Assembly: GCA_017935575.1 (NCBI GenBank)
Contig: JAGBHI010000050.1
Location: 1,697-65,696, forward strand
Source of the DNA: Bacteroidales bacterium
GTDB lineage: Bacteria > Bacteroidota > Bacteroidia > Bacteroidales > G3-4614
Direction of reading: 5' to 3'
Length of the DNA stretch: 64,000 nt
Shown here: one piece after another, positions 44,221-52,693 of the stretch
How positions within the stretch are numbered: the stretch's first letter is position 1
Layout of the letters: every line of letters starts with the position of its first letter
Position numbers and translations under genes: made by a program
The notes under the pieces: model-generated
Database searches by the model: none
Told to the model about the DNA's origin: nothing
The model's input: the letters and a program-made list of their open reading frames with translations, nothing else

Positions 44221-45663
44221 ATGAAGTATTTTAGAATAAATCAACAAGTTCTTTTTCGCCACTTTGGAGATTTCGGTTATATAACAGATAATAGAAATTT
44301 TGGTTATAACCTACCAGGAAATGATTTTATTCTTGGTGATGAAATTATTTCTGAAACTGGAGCCGATATTATATCTTGTTTAGAAAAGACTCCTCTTTCA
44401 ATTGATGAAATAATTCATAGAGTTATTGAAATTTTTGAACCAGAAGAGTGTCTGCGGTCTAATGTCATTGAATTTTTAGAACTTTTGTGTTCTAAAGGTT
44501 TTATTCTTAGTGGAGAGTCTATTGAGGAATGTATGAATTGTAGTGCTATCATTAGAAATGATAGTCAAAGAGTAGTAGAGGCAGATTCAAGTACTATTGA
44601 TACTCAAACATTTTTATCAGAACATTATGGAGATCGACCATTTCCTACAAGTATTCATGTTGAAATAGCAAGTGAATGTAATGAACGATGTGTTCATTGT
44701 TATATTCCACATGAATTTAAGCAAGATTTGATTGATGAAAACTTATTCGATTCAATACTCAGCCAAGCTGTAGGATTAAAATTACTGCATATTACAATAA
44801 GCGGTGGAGAACCTATGCTTCATCCTCATTTTATTGATTTTATGAGAAAATGCAGAGAAGCAGATATGTCCGTTAATATTCTTTCTAATCTTACATTACT
44901 CAATGATGAGATGATTGAGGAAATGAAGTTGAATCCATTGCTTAGTGTTCAGACTTCTATTTATTCAATGCAAGCGAATATCCATGATGGTATAACTCAT
45001 CAGAAAGGAAGTTTATCTAAAACTGTTGCCTCGGTTATTAAACTGATAGAAAATCATATTCCTATTCAAATAAGCTGTCCTGTAATTAAAAATAATGTTG
45101 ATTCATATCAAGGAGTTAAGGAATGGGCTACAAAACTAAAAATATCTGTAGGCATTGATTACTCAATTATAGCGCAATATAATCATAACAAAAGAAATAT
45201 AAATTGTAGATTATCAGCAGAAGATTTAAAAAATGTTATATCCAAGCAGTTTGGAAGTGACCCGATGTTTCGAGAAGAGACAGAAAAGGAAATAACTGAA
45301 AGAAGAAAAAAGACTAACAATGATTACATTTGTAGTGTATGTAATTCTTCTATTTGTATTGGAGCAAATGGGGATGTCTTTCCTTGTGTTGGATGGTCAA
45401 GTAAGATTCTAGGTAATATTAAGTCTCAGAGTCTTCAGGATGTATGGATGAGGTCAGAGACAGTAAAGGATTTGAGAAAAATTAAGTTTGGAGATTTCAT
45501 TAATTGCAAAAATTGTAGTTCAAAAGATTTTTGTACCATTTGTATGGTAAGGAATTCAAATGAAAGTTCTTCTAGCAATCCATTTGAGTTGAGTCGGTAT
45601 TTTTGTGATATGGCAAAAATTAAAAAGGATATCTACAATGATTATTGGAAAAACAATAAGTGA
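44221..45663 (+). CDS. Radical SAM/SPASM peptide maturase with N-terminal PqqD-like RRE
   Basis: Start at ATG 44221; ~95-aa N-terminal winged-helix RRE-like domain ending LCSKGFI; CNERCVHC (CxxxCxxC); ISGGEPMLH; SPASM cysteines CSVC...GDVFPC...CKNCSSKDFCTIC...FC. Confidence 0.88.
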   Translation: MKYFRINQQVLFRHFGDFGYITDNRNFGYNLPGNDFILGDEIISETGADIISCLEKTPLSIDEIIHRVIEIFEPEECLRSNVIEFLELLCSKGFILSGESIEECMNCSAIIRNDSQRVVEADSSTIDTQTFLSEHYGDRPFPTSIHVEIASECNERCVHCYIPHEFKQDLIDENLFDSILSQAVGLKLLHITISGGEPMLHPHFIDFMRKCREADMSVNILSNLTLLNDEMIEEMKLNPLLSVQTSIYSMQANIHDGITHQKGSLSKTVASVIKLIENHIPIQISCPVIKNNVDSYQGVKEWATKLKISVGIDYSIIAQYNHNKRNINCRLSAEDLKNVISKQFGSDPMFREETEKEITERRKKTNNDYICSVCNSSICIGANGDVFPCVGWSSKILGNIKSQSLQDVWMRSETVKDLRKIKFGDFINCKNCSSKDFCTICMVRNSNESSSSNPFELSRYFCDMAKIKKDIYNDYWKNNK

Positions 45664-45784
45664 AGTTTCGTTTGTTTGTCTACCAATTCCTCTCATCGCC
45701 TCAGACCGTCTCAGACGGTGTGGTTTGTTTGCGCAAATTTCATTGATTATTGCATAATATATTGATAATCAATATAGATAAACC

Positions 45785-45808
45785 TCTTCAACGAAGAGGA
45801 ATATTAAT
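45785..45808 (+). repeat. attR-like direct repeat (displaced DUF2795 3' end)
   Basis: TCTTCAACGAAGAGGAATATTAAT encodes FNEEEY-stop with two synonymous differences; preceded by palindrome ATATTGAT-A-ATCAATAT. Confidence 0.85.
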
Positions 45809-45890
45809 CAATATCAAAAAGATAATAAACTTTTTAGGAATGGAAATAAAAATATGATAAAATGAAAAGTAAATATATAACAACTAAACT

Positions 45891-46340
45891 ATGCAAGAAG
45901 AGATAAAACTTAATATATATTCGGCAGAAACAGATGTGGAGTTACCTATCCCTTTAGAAGAGGGGATAAAAGCAGGATTTCCAAGTCCTGCTCAGGACTA
46001 TATGAACGATAGTATTGACCTTAATCGCGAGTTGGTACGTCATAAAGAGACAACTTTTTATGCACGAGTATCAGGTAACTCTCTTATTGATGCAGGAATT
46101 AGTAATGGAGATATAGTAGTAGTTGATAAATCGTTAGAGGCTATAACCGGCGACTATGTAGTTGCTTTTATTGATGGTGAGTTTACAATTAAGGAGTTTC
46201 GCCTTGATGAGAAGAATAAATGCGCATGGCTTGTTCCTTATAATAAGGAGTTCTCTCCAATAAAAGTAACTCAAGAAAATGATTTTATGATTTGGGGAGT
46301 AGTAACCTATACCATAAAAAAGATGACTACCCACTTTTAG
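45891..46340 (+). CDS. umuD: UmuD-like S24 autoproteolytic subunit
   Basis: KAGFPSPAQDY cleavage motif; VSGNSL serine and EFTIK lysine. Confidence 0.88.
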   Translation: MQEEIKLNIYSAETDVELPIPLEEGIKAGFPSPAQDYMNDSIDLNRELVRHKETTFYARVSGNSLIDAGISNGDIVVVDKSLEAITGDYVVAFIDGEFTIKEFRLDEKNKCAWLVPYNKEFSPIKVTQENDFMIWGVVTYTIKKMTTHF

Positions 46341-46367
46341 CTAACAACTAAAAACAAACAACTCTAA

Positions 46368-47636
46368 ATGATAGCCTTAGCCGATTGTAATAACTTTTTC
46401 TGCTCGTGTGAGAGAGTGTTTATGCCCTCACTTCGCAATAAACCCGTTATTGTCCTGTCAAACAATGATGGTTGTGTAATTGCGCGCAGTAACGAGAGTA
46501 AAGCGTTGGGTATAAAAATGGGACAACCATTCTATCAGGTAAAGAATTTAGTTGAAAAAAATGAAGTAGCAGTATTCAGTAGCAATTATACCCTCTATGG
46601 AGATATGAGCCGTAGAGTAATGTCGCTTCTCTCAACCTATGCTCCCTCAATAGACATATACTCTATTGACGAGGCCTTTCTTGATTTCACGGGAATTGCA
46701 GAGGGTGATGAACTAAAGCAATATGCAGAAAATATGGTACGCCATATAAAAAAAGGAACAGGCATACCCATATCATTGGGAATAGCCCCAACAAAAACAC
46801 TTGCTAAGGTGGCTTCAAAATTTGCAAAGAAATACAAGGCATACAATGGAGTGTGTATGATTGATACGGAGGAGAAGCGACAAAAAGCATTGCAACTCTT
46901 TGATATTTCAGATGTATGGGGTATAGGTCGTAAAGCTTCAAAAAAACTACAATATCATGGCATAAAAACGGCATGGGATTTTGTCCAAAAATCGCAAACA
47001 TGGGTACGAAACATGTTAACAATTACAGGTGAACGTACTTGGCGTGAGTTGCGTGGCGAAAGTTGTATTGAAACAGAAGAGTTGCCACATAAAAAATCAA
47101 TATGTACCAGTCGTAGTTTCCCTGATAAGGGATTAAATAAGTTGTCAGATGTAGAGGAAGCTGTTGCAAACTTTGCAGCACAATGTTCGCGTAAATTACG
47201 CGAACAGCATACCGTGTGTAAATCAATAACACTCTTTGCTTATACAAGCAGGTTTCGTACCGATTTGCAACAAGATTATATCCATAAAACAATAAATTTA
47301 GAGGTCCCAACAAATAATATTCAAGAGTTAGTGGCATTAGCAGTTGCAGCTTTACGAGATAATTGGAAAGGAGAAGAATATCTATATAAAAAGGCAGGAG
47401 TTATTGTTTGGAATATATCTCCCGATAATGCAATACAAGGCTCTGTATTTGATACTATTGACCGTAACAAACAAACAGCCCTGTCAAAAACTATTGATGA
47501 AATAAACAAGAAGAATGGATATAATACCATTCGAGTGGCTTTACAAGGATATAATAAAAATTGGCATCTTAAGAGCGAGCATATATCAAAGCAATATACC
47601 ACCAACTTAAAAGATATTATTGAGGTAAAAGTATAA
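46368..47636 (+). CDS. umuC: Y-family DNA polymerase V subunit
   Basis: LADCNNFFCSCER, LSNNDGC, YSIDEAF and PTKTLAK motifs; C-terminal WHLKSEHISKQYTT. Confidence 0.92.
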   Translation: MIALADCNNFFCSCERVFMPSLRNKPVIVLSNNDGCVIARSNESKALGIKMGQPFYQVKNLVEKNEVAVFSSNYTLYGDMSRRVMSLLSTYAPSIDIYSIDEAFLDFTGIAEGDELKQYAENMVRHIKKGTGIPISLGIAPTKTLAKVASKFAKKYKAYNGVCMIDTEEKRQKALQLFDISDVWGIGRKASKKLQYHGIKTAWDFVQKSQTWVRNMLTITGERTWRELRGESCIETEELPHKKSICTSRSFPDKGLNKLSDVEEAVANFAAQCSRKLREQHTVCKSITLFAYTSRFRTDLQQDYIHKTINLEVPTNNIQELVALAVAALRDNWKGEEYLYKKAGVIVWNISPDNAIQGSVFDTIDRNKQTALSKTIDEINKKNGYNTIRVALQGYNKNWHLKSEHISKQYTTNLKDIIEVKV

Positions 47637-47898
47637 GTCGCTATGTGAAGCTGTAAATTAAATTCATGAAATCTTTTATAAACAGCCAAAATTTGTATTA
47701 ACAAAAATTATCATTTTTTTTTTTTTTTTTGAGTGACTTTTTGCTATTTTTGCAACTTCTAAAAAACTATATAGAATAGTTTAATCAAAAATGGAGATAG
47801 ACAGTTAGCGTTAGCTATCTGTCTATTGTTCAATATACCTATTCCTTATAAATGCTTTTTAATCTTAGTAATTATAACTCTTCTGTGGGAAACAAAAA

Positions 47899-47932
47899 AA
47901 AGAGAAGATAACTTTTGTTACCTTCTCTCTTG
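47899..47932 (-). terminator. Terminator for the SRP-tRNA transcript
   Basis: AAGAGAAGATAAC-TTTT-GTTACCTTCTCTCTT with preceding A-run (U-tail on minus strand). Confidence 0.6.
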
Positions 47933-47941
47933 AAATTTTAG

Positions 47942-48015
47942 AGCCTCTTGTCGGATTCGAACCAACGACCCCGAGATTACAAATCACGTGCTCTGGCCAA
48001 CTGAGCTAAAGAGGC
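47942..48015 (-). tRNA. tRNA-Thr(TGT)
   Basis: GCCTCTTTAGCTCAGTTGGCCAGAGCACGTGATTTGTAATCTCGGGGTCGTTGGTTCGAATCCGACAAGAGGCT cloverleaf, anticodon TGT. Confidence 0.95.
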
Positions 48016-48088
48016 AAAAATATTTCAAAAATTAAAAACTCTTATGAGTTTTGTTTAAATGGTGCAATCAACATTATCACCTTTTTAG

Positions 48089-48162
48089 AGCCTCTTGTCG
48101 GATTCGAACCAACGACCCCGAGATTACAAATCACTTGCTCTGACCAACTGAGCTAAAGAGGC
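48089..48162 (-). tRNA. tRNA-Thr(TGT), second copy
   Basis: 72/74 identical to the first copy; one change is in the anticodon stem. Confidence 0.88.
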
Positions 48163-48165
48163 AAA

Positions 48166-48265
48166 TGGGTAAGCGATCTTCATCGCGTCGCTACAACCGG
48201 CTACCCTTGCTGCGGTCAAGCCCTGGGGGGGTTCGCAAGGAGCTGACCGTGGAGGACTTACCCGA
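48166..48265 (-). ncRNA. ffs: Small bacterial SRP RNA (4.5S)
   Basis: Terminal GGGTAAG/CTTACCC pairing; domain IV CAGG-GCTTGACCGC-AGCA; TACTTTTG -7 element immediately upstream. Confidence 0.85.
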
Positions 48266-48448
48266 CTGCAAAAGTAGTATATTTTCCTAAATCCTGCAAC
48301 AATTTTGATTATTTTTCTGAAATATTTTTATATTTACCTCTTAATGAGGAATTTAATTTTTTATTTTAATCAGTTTTTCTCTTTTCTGTAATATCTGTTT
48401 GCTGTTTTTGGAGCAAAATAGTACCTTTGTTGTTTAAAGATTATAATT

Positions 48449-48979
48449 ATGGAACAGAATTCTAATAAGAATTTAATACAATACGCAATGGAGTATGGCT
48501 CTTATTTAGGACTAATGCTCATATTTAAGTTTGTATTGGCTTCATTTTCTGCTACTTCGTCAATCTCAAATATATTGGCATCAATATTAATAATTGTAGT
48601 GCCTGTTATGGCTTTTTATTTTATGCGAATGTTTAGAGATAGAAGTAAAACTTACACTTATGGAAAATTATGCCTGTTTGGTATATATATGTACTTCTTT
48701 TCTGCTCTTTTAAGTGGAATATTTGAGTATGTTTATTATCAATATTTAAATCCCGATTATCTCTATGCTCAACAAGAGGCATTAAAAGTATTGGTAGAAG
48801 AGTTGGCTAAAGTTGACACCTCTCAAACAATGTCTGAATTTCAATCATCGTATGCTAACGTAGCACCAACTACAGCCATTCAGTTTGTATTTCAAGGGAT
48901 ATGGGGATTGTTTATGTTGGGTTCAATTTATAGTTTGATTTTGGCATTAATTCTCCGAAAGAGAGTTGTTGAGATTTAA
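48449..48979 (+). CDS. DUF4199-like four-TM membrane protein
   Basis: YAMEYG and YVYYQYLNPDY motifs; four hydrophobic segments; TACCTTTG at 48422-48429. Confidence 0.65.
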   Translation: MEQNSNKNLIQYAMEYGSYLGLMLIFKFVLASFSATSSISNILASILIIVVPVMAFYFMRMFRDRSKTYTYGKLCLFGIYMYFFSALLSGIFEYVYYQYLNPDYLYAQQEALKVLVEELAKVDTSQTMSEFQSSYANVAPTTAIQFVFQGIWGLFMLGSIYSLILALILRKRVVEI

Positions 48980-49008
48980 GAATAACAAAGAATAGATATA
49001 TTTAAGCT

Positions 49009-49956
49009 ATGGATATTTCAGTTGTAGTACCTTTATATAATGAAGCGGAATCGTTGCCCGAGTTATACGCTTGGATAAAACGAGTAATGGTTGCAAATAA
49101 CTTTTCGTATGAGGTTATTTTCATAAGCGATGGAAGTACTGATTCCTCATGGAATGTAATTGAACAATTGTCGGCTGAAGATAGTGCTGTAAAAGGAGTT
49201 AAATTCCGCCGTAATTATGGCAAATCCCCTGCATTACATATTGGATTTGGAAAAGCACAAGGAGATGTGGTTATAACAATGGACGCCGATTTACAAGATA
49301 GTCCTGATGAAATTCCTGAACTATATCGTATGATTAAAGAGGAGGGTTATGACCTTGTGTCAGGGTGGAAACAAAAAAGATATGACCCACTCTCAAAAAC
49401 AATTCCGACAAAGCTGTTTAATGCTACAGCTCGCAAGGTTACAGGAATATATCTTCATGACTTTAATTGTGGACTTAAAGCATATCGCAAAGAGGTAGTA
49501 AAATCAATAGAGGTTTATGGCGATATGCATCGTTATATACCATATTTGGCAAAGAGTGCCGGATTTACAAAAATAGGAGAAAAGGTTGTGAAGCACCAAG
49601 CACGTAAATATGGAGTAACAAAATTTGGTTTGGACCGTTTTGTTAATGGATATTTAGACCTTTTAACCTTGTGGTTCTTTAATAAATTTGCAGTAAAGCC
49701 AATGCACTTTTTTGGACTTTTAGGAAGTCTTATGTTTATCCTTGGTTTTATAGCGGTTGTAGTTGTAGGAGCAAGCAAACTATATTCAATGTGGAATGGG
49801 TTGCCATACCGATTGGTAACCGACTCGCCATATTTTTATCTGTCGTTAACAGCGATGATTATAGGAACTTTGCTATTCTTGACAGGATTTTTAGGAGAAC
49901 TTATTGCGCGTAATTCGCAAGAGCGTAATACATATAATATTGAGAAAGAGATATAA
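49009..49956 (+). CDS. GT2 polyprenol-phosphate glycosyltransferase (ArnC/GtrB-like)
   Basis: DISVVVPLYNE, MDADLQD, HDFNCGLKAY and MHRYIP motifs; two C-terminal TM helices. Confidence 0.9.
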   Translation: MDISVVVPLYNEAESLPELYAWIKRVMVANNFSYEVIFISDGSTDSSWNVIEQLSAEDSAVKGVKFRRNYGKSPALHIGFGKAQGDVVITMDADLQDSPDEIPELYRMIKEEGYDLVSGWKQKRYDPLSKTIPTKLFNATARKVTGIYLHDFNCGLKAYRKEVVKSIEVYGDMHRYIPYLAKSAGFTKIGEKVVKHQARKYGVTKFGLDRFVNGYLDLLTLWFFNKFAVKPMHFFGLLGSLMFILGFIAVVVVGASKLYSMWNGLPYRLVTDSPYFYLSLTAMIIGTLLFLTGFLGELIARNSQERNTYNIEKEI

Positions 49957-49964
49957 TATAGTAT

Positions 49965-50492
49965 ATGAATATAAATGATTTTTTGAAATTAGCTGAAGAG
50001 CGTTACTCAATACGACGTTATGCCAATAAGGAAGTTCCGCGCGAAGTTCTTATGTCGGTTCTCGAATCGGCACGTATAGCGCCATCTGCCGTTAATTTTC
50101 AACCATGGAAATTTTATATAGCTTCAGGAGAAAAAGCAAAGAAAATGGTTTGTGAATCGTACAATAGAGATTGGATTGCAACAGCTCCTCTCTATATTAT
50201 CGCATGCGGAGACCATTCGGTAGCTTGGCATCGTTCTTTAGATAATAAAGACCATACAGATATAGATATTGCAATAGCCGTAGAACATATATGTTTAAGT
50301 GCAGCCGCTGCAGGATTAGGAACGTGTTGGGTTTGTAACTTTGATGCGGAGATGTTAAAGAGAGATATGCAACTTCCTGAAAATCTTGAGCCAATTGCAA
50401 TAATTCCAATAGGATATCCCGAAGGAGATGGCGGTGTGCGTCCTAAAAAACGTAAAACTATAGAAGAGATAGTTCAATGGTTAGAAGATTAA
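49965..50492 (+). CDS. Nitroreductase family protein
   Basis: RYSIRRY, APSAVNFQPW, GLGTCWV and IGYP motifs. Confidence 0.9.
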   Translation: MNINDFLKLAEERYSIRRYANKEVPREVLMSVLESARIAPSAVNFQPWKFYIASGEKAKKMVCESYNRDWIATAPLYIIACGDHSVAWHRSLDNKDHTDIDIAIAVEHICLSAAAAGLGTCWVCNFDAEMLKRDMQLPENLEPIAIIPIGYPEGDGGVRPKKRKTIEEIVQWLED

Positions 50493-50986
50493 GATATATA
50501 AAAAGGGCGCTTGCTATTATAATGGGTGCTGTAATATTTTCCTCATGTGGCGATACTTATTGCGATGAGAGTGGAAGTGGAATGCCCTTAGTTGGCGTAT
50601 ATGCAATGGGAGTTCCTCCTATTGAGGCTCAAATGGATTCTGTAACTGTTTATGGAGTGGGGCAGGTGACAGATTCTATTTTATATAATAATGTATCAGG
50701 TATTTCCTCTTTTTATACCCCTTTAAATATAATGAAGGATAGTGTAAAATATGTTATTCAATATGAAAGTAAACTTGTAGGAGAGACTGCAAAACGAGAT
50801 ACGTTAACTTATGTGTATCGTAAACAATTAACTTTTGAGAAACAAGAGTGTGGAGCGACATATGCTTTTATTATTGATAAATTTTCATATACAACACATT
50901 CGTTGGTATATGCAGAGCTTGTAACTCCCGAAGTGGATAATCTTTCATCACAAACGGTAAAAATATATTATGCGACAAAAAATTAG
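50477..50986 (+). CDS. Hypothetical lipoprotein (DUF6452-like)
   Basis: Lipobox FSSC; DTLTYVY...FEKQECG motif. Confidence 0.55.
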   Translation: MVRRLRYIKRALAIIMGAVIFSSCGDTYCDESGSGMPLVGVYAMGVPPIEAQMDSVTVYGVGQVTDSILYNNVSGISSFYTPLNIMKDSVKYVIQYESKLVGETAKRDTLTYVYRKQLTFEKQECGATYAFIIDKFSYTTHSLVYAELVTPEVDNLSSQTVKIYYATKN

Positions 50987-51686
50987 AATATTATTAATAT
51001 TGTTTGTGATGCTTCCTTTGACAATAGAGGCAAAGAAGAGCATTATTGTAACCGAACAAGGAGATACCGTAAAATATCTTCACCCCAAATATAATGGAAT
51101 AACAATAGGCGCCGATTTACTATCGCCCATAGCTAATTTGGTTGGACAAAAATACGGTAATTACGAATTGAGCATTGATGCTGCATTTTATAATAGATTT
51201 TTCCCTGTGTATGAATTCGGAGTTTCATATGCCGATTATACGCCAGATGGTTCAAATTATACCTATAAATTATATCCCTCATTTTATAATAGGGTAGGTT
51301 TGAACTATAATATAATCTATAATAAAAATGTTCCCGGAATATTTTATGTGGGTTTGAGATATGGATTTTCATTTGCAAAATATGAACTTACAAATATATC
51401 AGTATCATCACCATATTGGGAAGTAGAGCAATCAGGGTTGTCAATTCCAAAATCAACCTCTGTAGCCCATTGGGGAGAGTTATTATTGGGCTTGAGAGTT
51501 AAGTTATACAAAGGATTGATGATGGGTTGGGCTGTGCGTTGCAAATTTGTTTTTGCCGATTCTCAGAAAGGAGATGCAAGACAGTGGATTGTGCCGGGAT
51601 TTGGTAAAAGAAACAGTCCTTTAGGAGTCTCGTTTACCATTAATTACAGATTTGCTCCAAAACAAAAATTAAATATTAGATTATGA
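50970..51686 (+). CDS. Outer-membrane beta-barrel protein (DUF6048-like)
   Basis: Signal peptide; alternating aromatic beta-strands; IVPGFG; C-terminal INYRF. Confidence 0.55.
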   Translation: MRQKIRILLILFVMLPLTIEAKKSIIVTEQGDTVKYLHPKYNGITIGADLLSPIANLVGQKYGNYELSIDAAFYNRFFPVYEFGVSYADYTPDGSNYTYKLYPSFYNRVGLNYNIIYNKNVPGIFYVGLRYGFSFAKYELTNISVSSPYWEVEQSGLSIPKSTSVAHWGELLLGLRVKLYKGLMMGWAVRCKFVFADSQKGDARQWIVPGFGKRNSPLGVSFTINYRFAPKQKLNIRL

Positions 51687-52525
51687 AATGCTCTCTTATA
51701 ATATCGGTATATAATGATATAAAAACATTATCCCTAATCTTTGAGGCGTTGAAAGTACAAACCGAAAAAGATTTTGAGGTATTGGTCGCCGATGATGGCT
51801 CGGGAAAAGAGTTTGTAGATAAGGTTAAAGAGCTTGTGTCAGAAGTCCCCTTTAAGGTAACACATATATGGCATGAAGATAAAGGTTGGAGAAAAGAGAT
51901 AATCCTGAACAGAGCAATTGAAGCATCTTCAACAGAGTATCTTATATTTATTGACGGAGACTGTATTCCTCATAAAAAATTTATAGCAGAACATTTAAGG
52001 TTGGCTTCATACGGAAAAGTTGTGGCAGGCCGTAGAGTTATGTTGTCGCAGAAGTTAACAGACGCTATAACACCGGAACTTATAGCCTCAGGTAAGATGC
52101 ACTCATATATATTACCCCGTATATTGTGGGCTAGTTTAAAAAGAGAAGTTCGCCATGCAGAGGAGGCTATACGTCTTACAAATGGCTTTTTACGCCATTT
52201 CTTTTTAGAAGAACGGTGGGAAGGCTTATTAGGTTGTAACTTTTCTATCTATAAAGATGATTTGCTTGAAATAAATGGCTTTGACGAACGTTTTTCCGCT
52301 CCTTCAATAGGAGAGGACACAGATATTGAGGCGCGACTAAACAGAATAGGTATATATGCTAAGGTTGAACGACATCTGCTTACAGTTTATCACAAATATC
52401 ATAAATTAAACCATTCTGGAGCTGAGAATAATATTAAATTTTTTAACGAGAATAATAAAAATAATACAACATGGACGCCCTATGGAATAGTCAAAGGTGA
52501 TGCGCCAAAAAAGGAAGAAGAGTAA
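51683..52525 (+). CDS. GT2 glycosyltransferase
   Basis: VADDGS, IFIDGDCIP, GCNFS and NGFDERF...GEDTD motifs. Confidence 0.88.
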   Translation: MKCSLIISVYNDIKTLSLIFEALKVQTEKDFEVLVADDGSGKEFVDKVKELVSEVPFKVTHIWHEDKGWRKEIILNRAIEASSTEYLIFIDGDCIPHKKFIAEHLRLASYGKVVAGRRVMLSQKLTDAITPELIASGKMHSYILPRILWASLKREVRHAEEAIRLTNGFLRHFFLEERWEGLLGCNFSIYKDDLLEINGFDERFSAPSIGEDTDIEARLNRIGIYAKVERHLLTVYHKYHKLNHSGAENNIKFFNENNKNNTTWTPYGIVKGDAPKKEEE

Positions 52526-52551
52526 AATTTTAAGTGTGAATATTGTATATT

Positions 52552-52588
52552 AAGAGGTATTTAGATGATTATCAGATACCTCTTTTTT
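52552..52588 (+). terminator. Intrinsic terminator
   Basis: AAGAGGTATTT...AGATACCTCTT plus T-run. Confidence 0.65.
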
Positions 52589-52693
52589 ATTTGTTATCTT
52601 ACCTCTTTTGTCGTGTGAAAAAAAGATTAAAAAAAGATTTTTTTCTCCTTAAAAAGAGTAGTGTAAAAATTTGTAATTAAAATCATATTTTAT

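Larger units (their letters stand above)
40088..45808. mobile_element. Site-specifically integrated island (~5.7 kb) with no integrase gene
   Basis: Flanking direct repeat of the DUF2795 3' end; repeated TTTRTTTGTCTA motifs at both ends; cargo of R-M, HTH and rSAM genes. Confidence 0.8.

Noticed and set aside
47942-48162. tRNA duplication as the att scar of an integrated element
   Set aside because: Both copies are full length and 73 nt apart with no cargo between them; the island's att is in DUF2795 instead.
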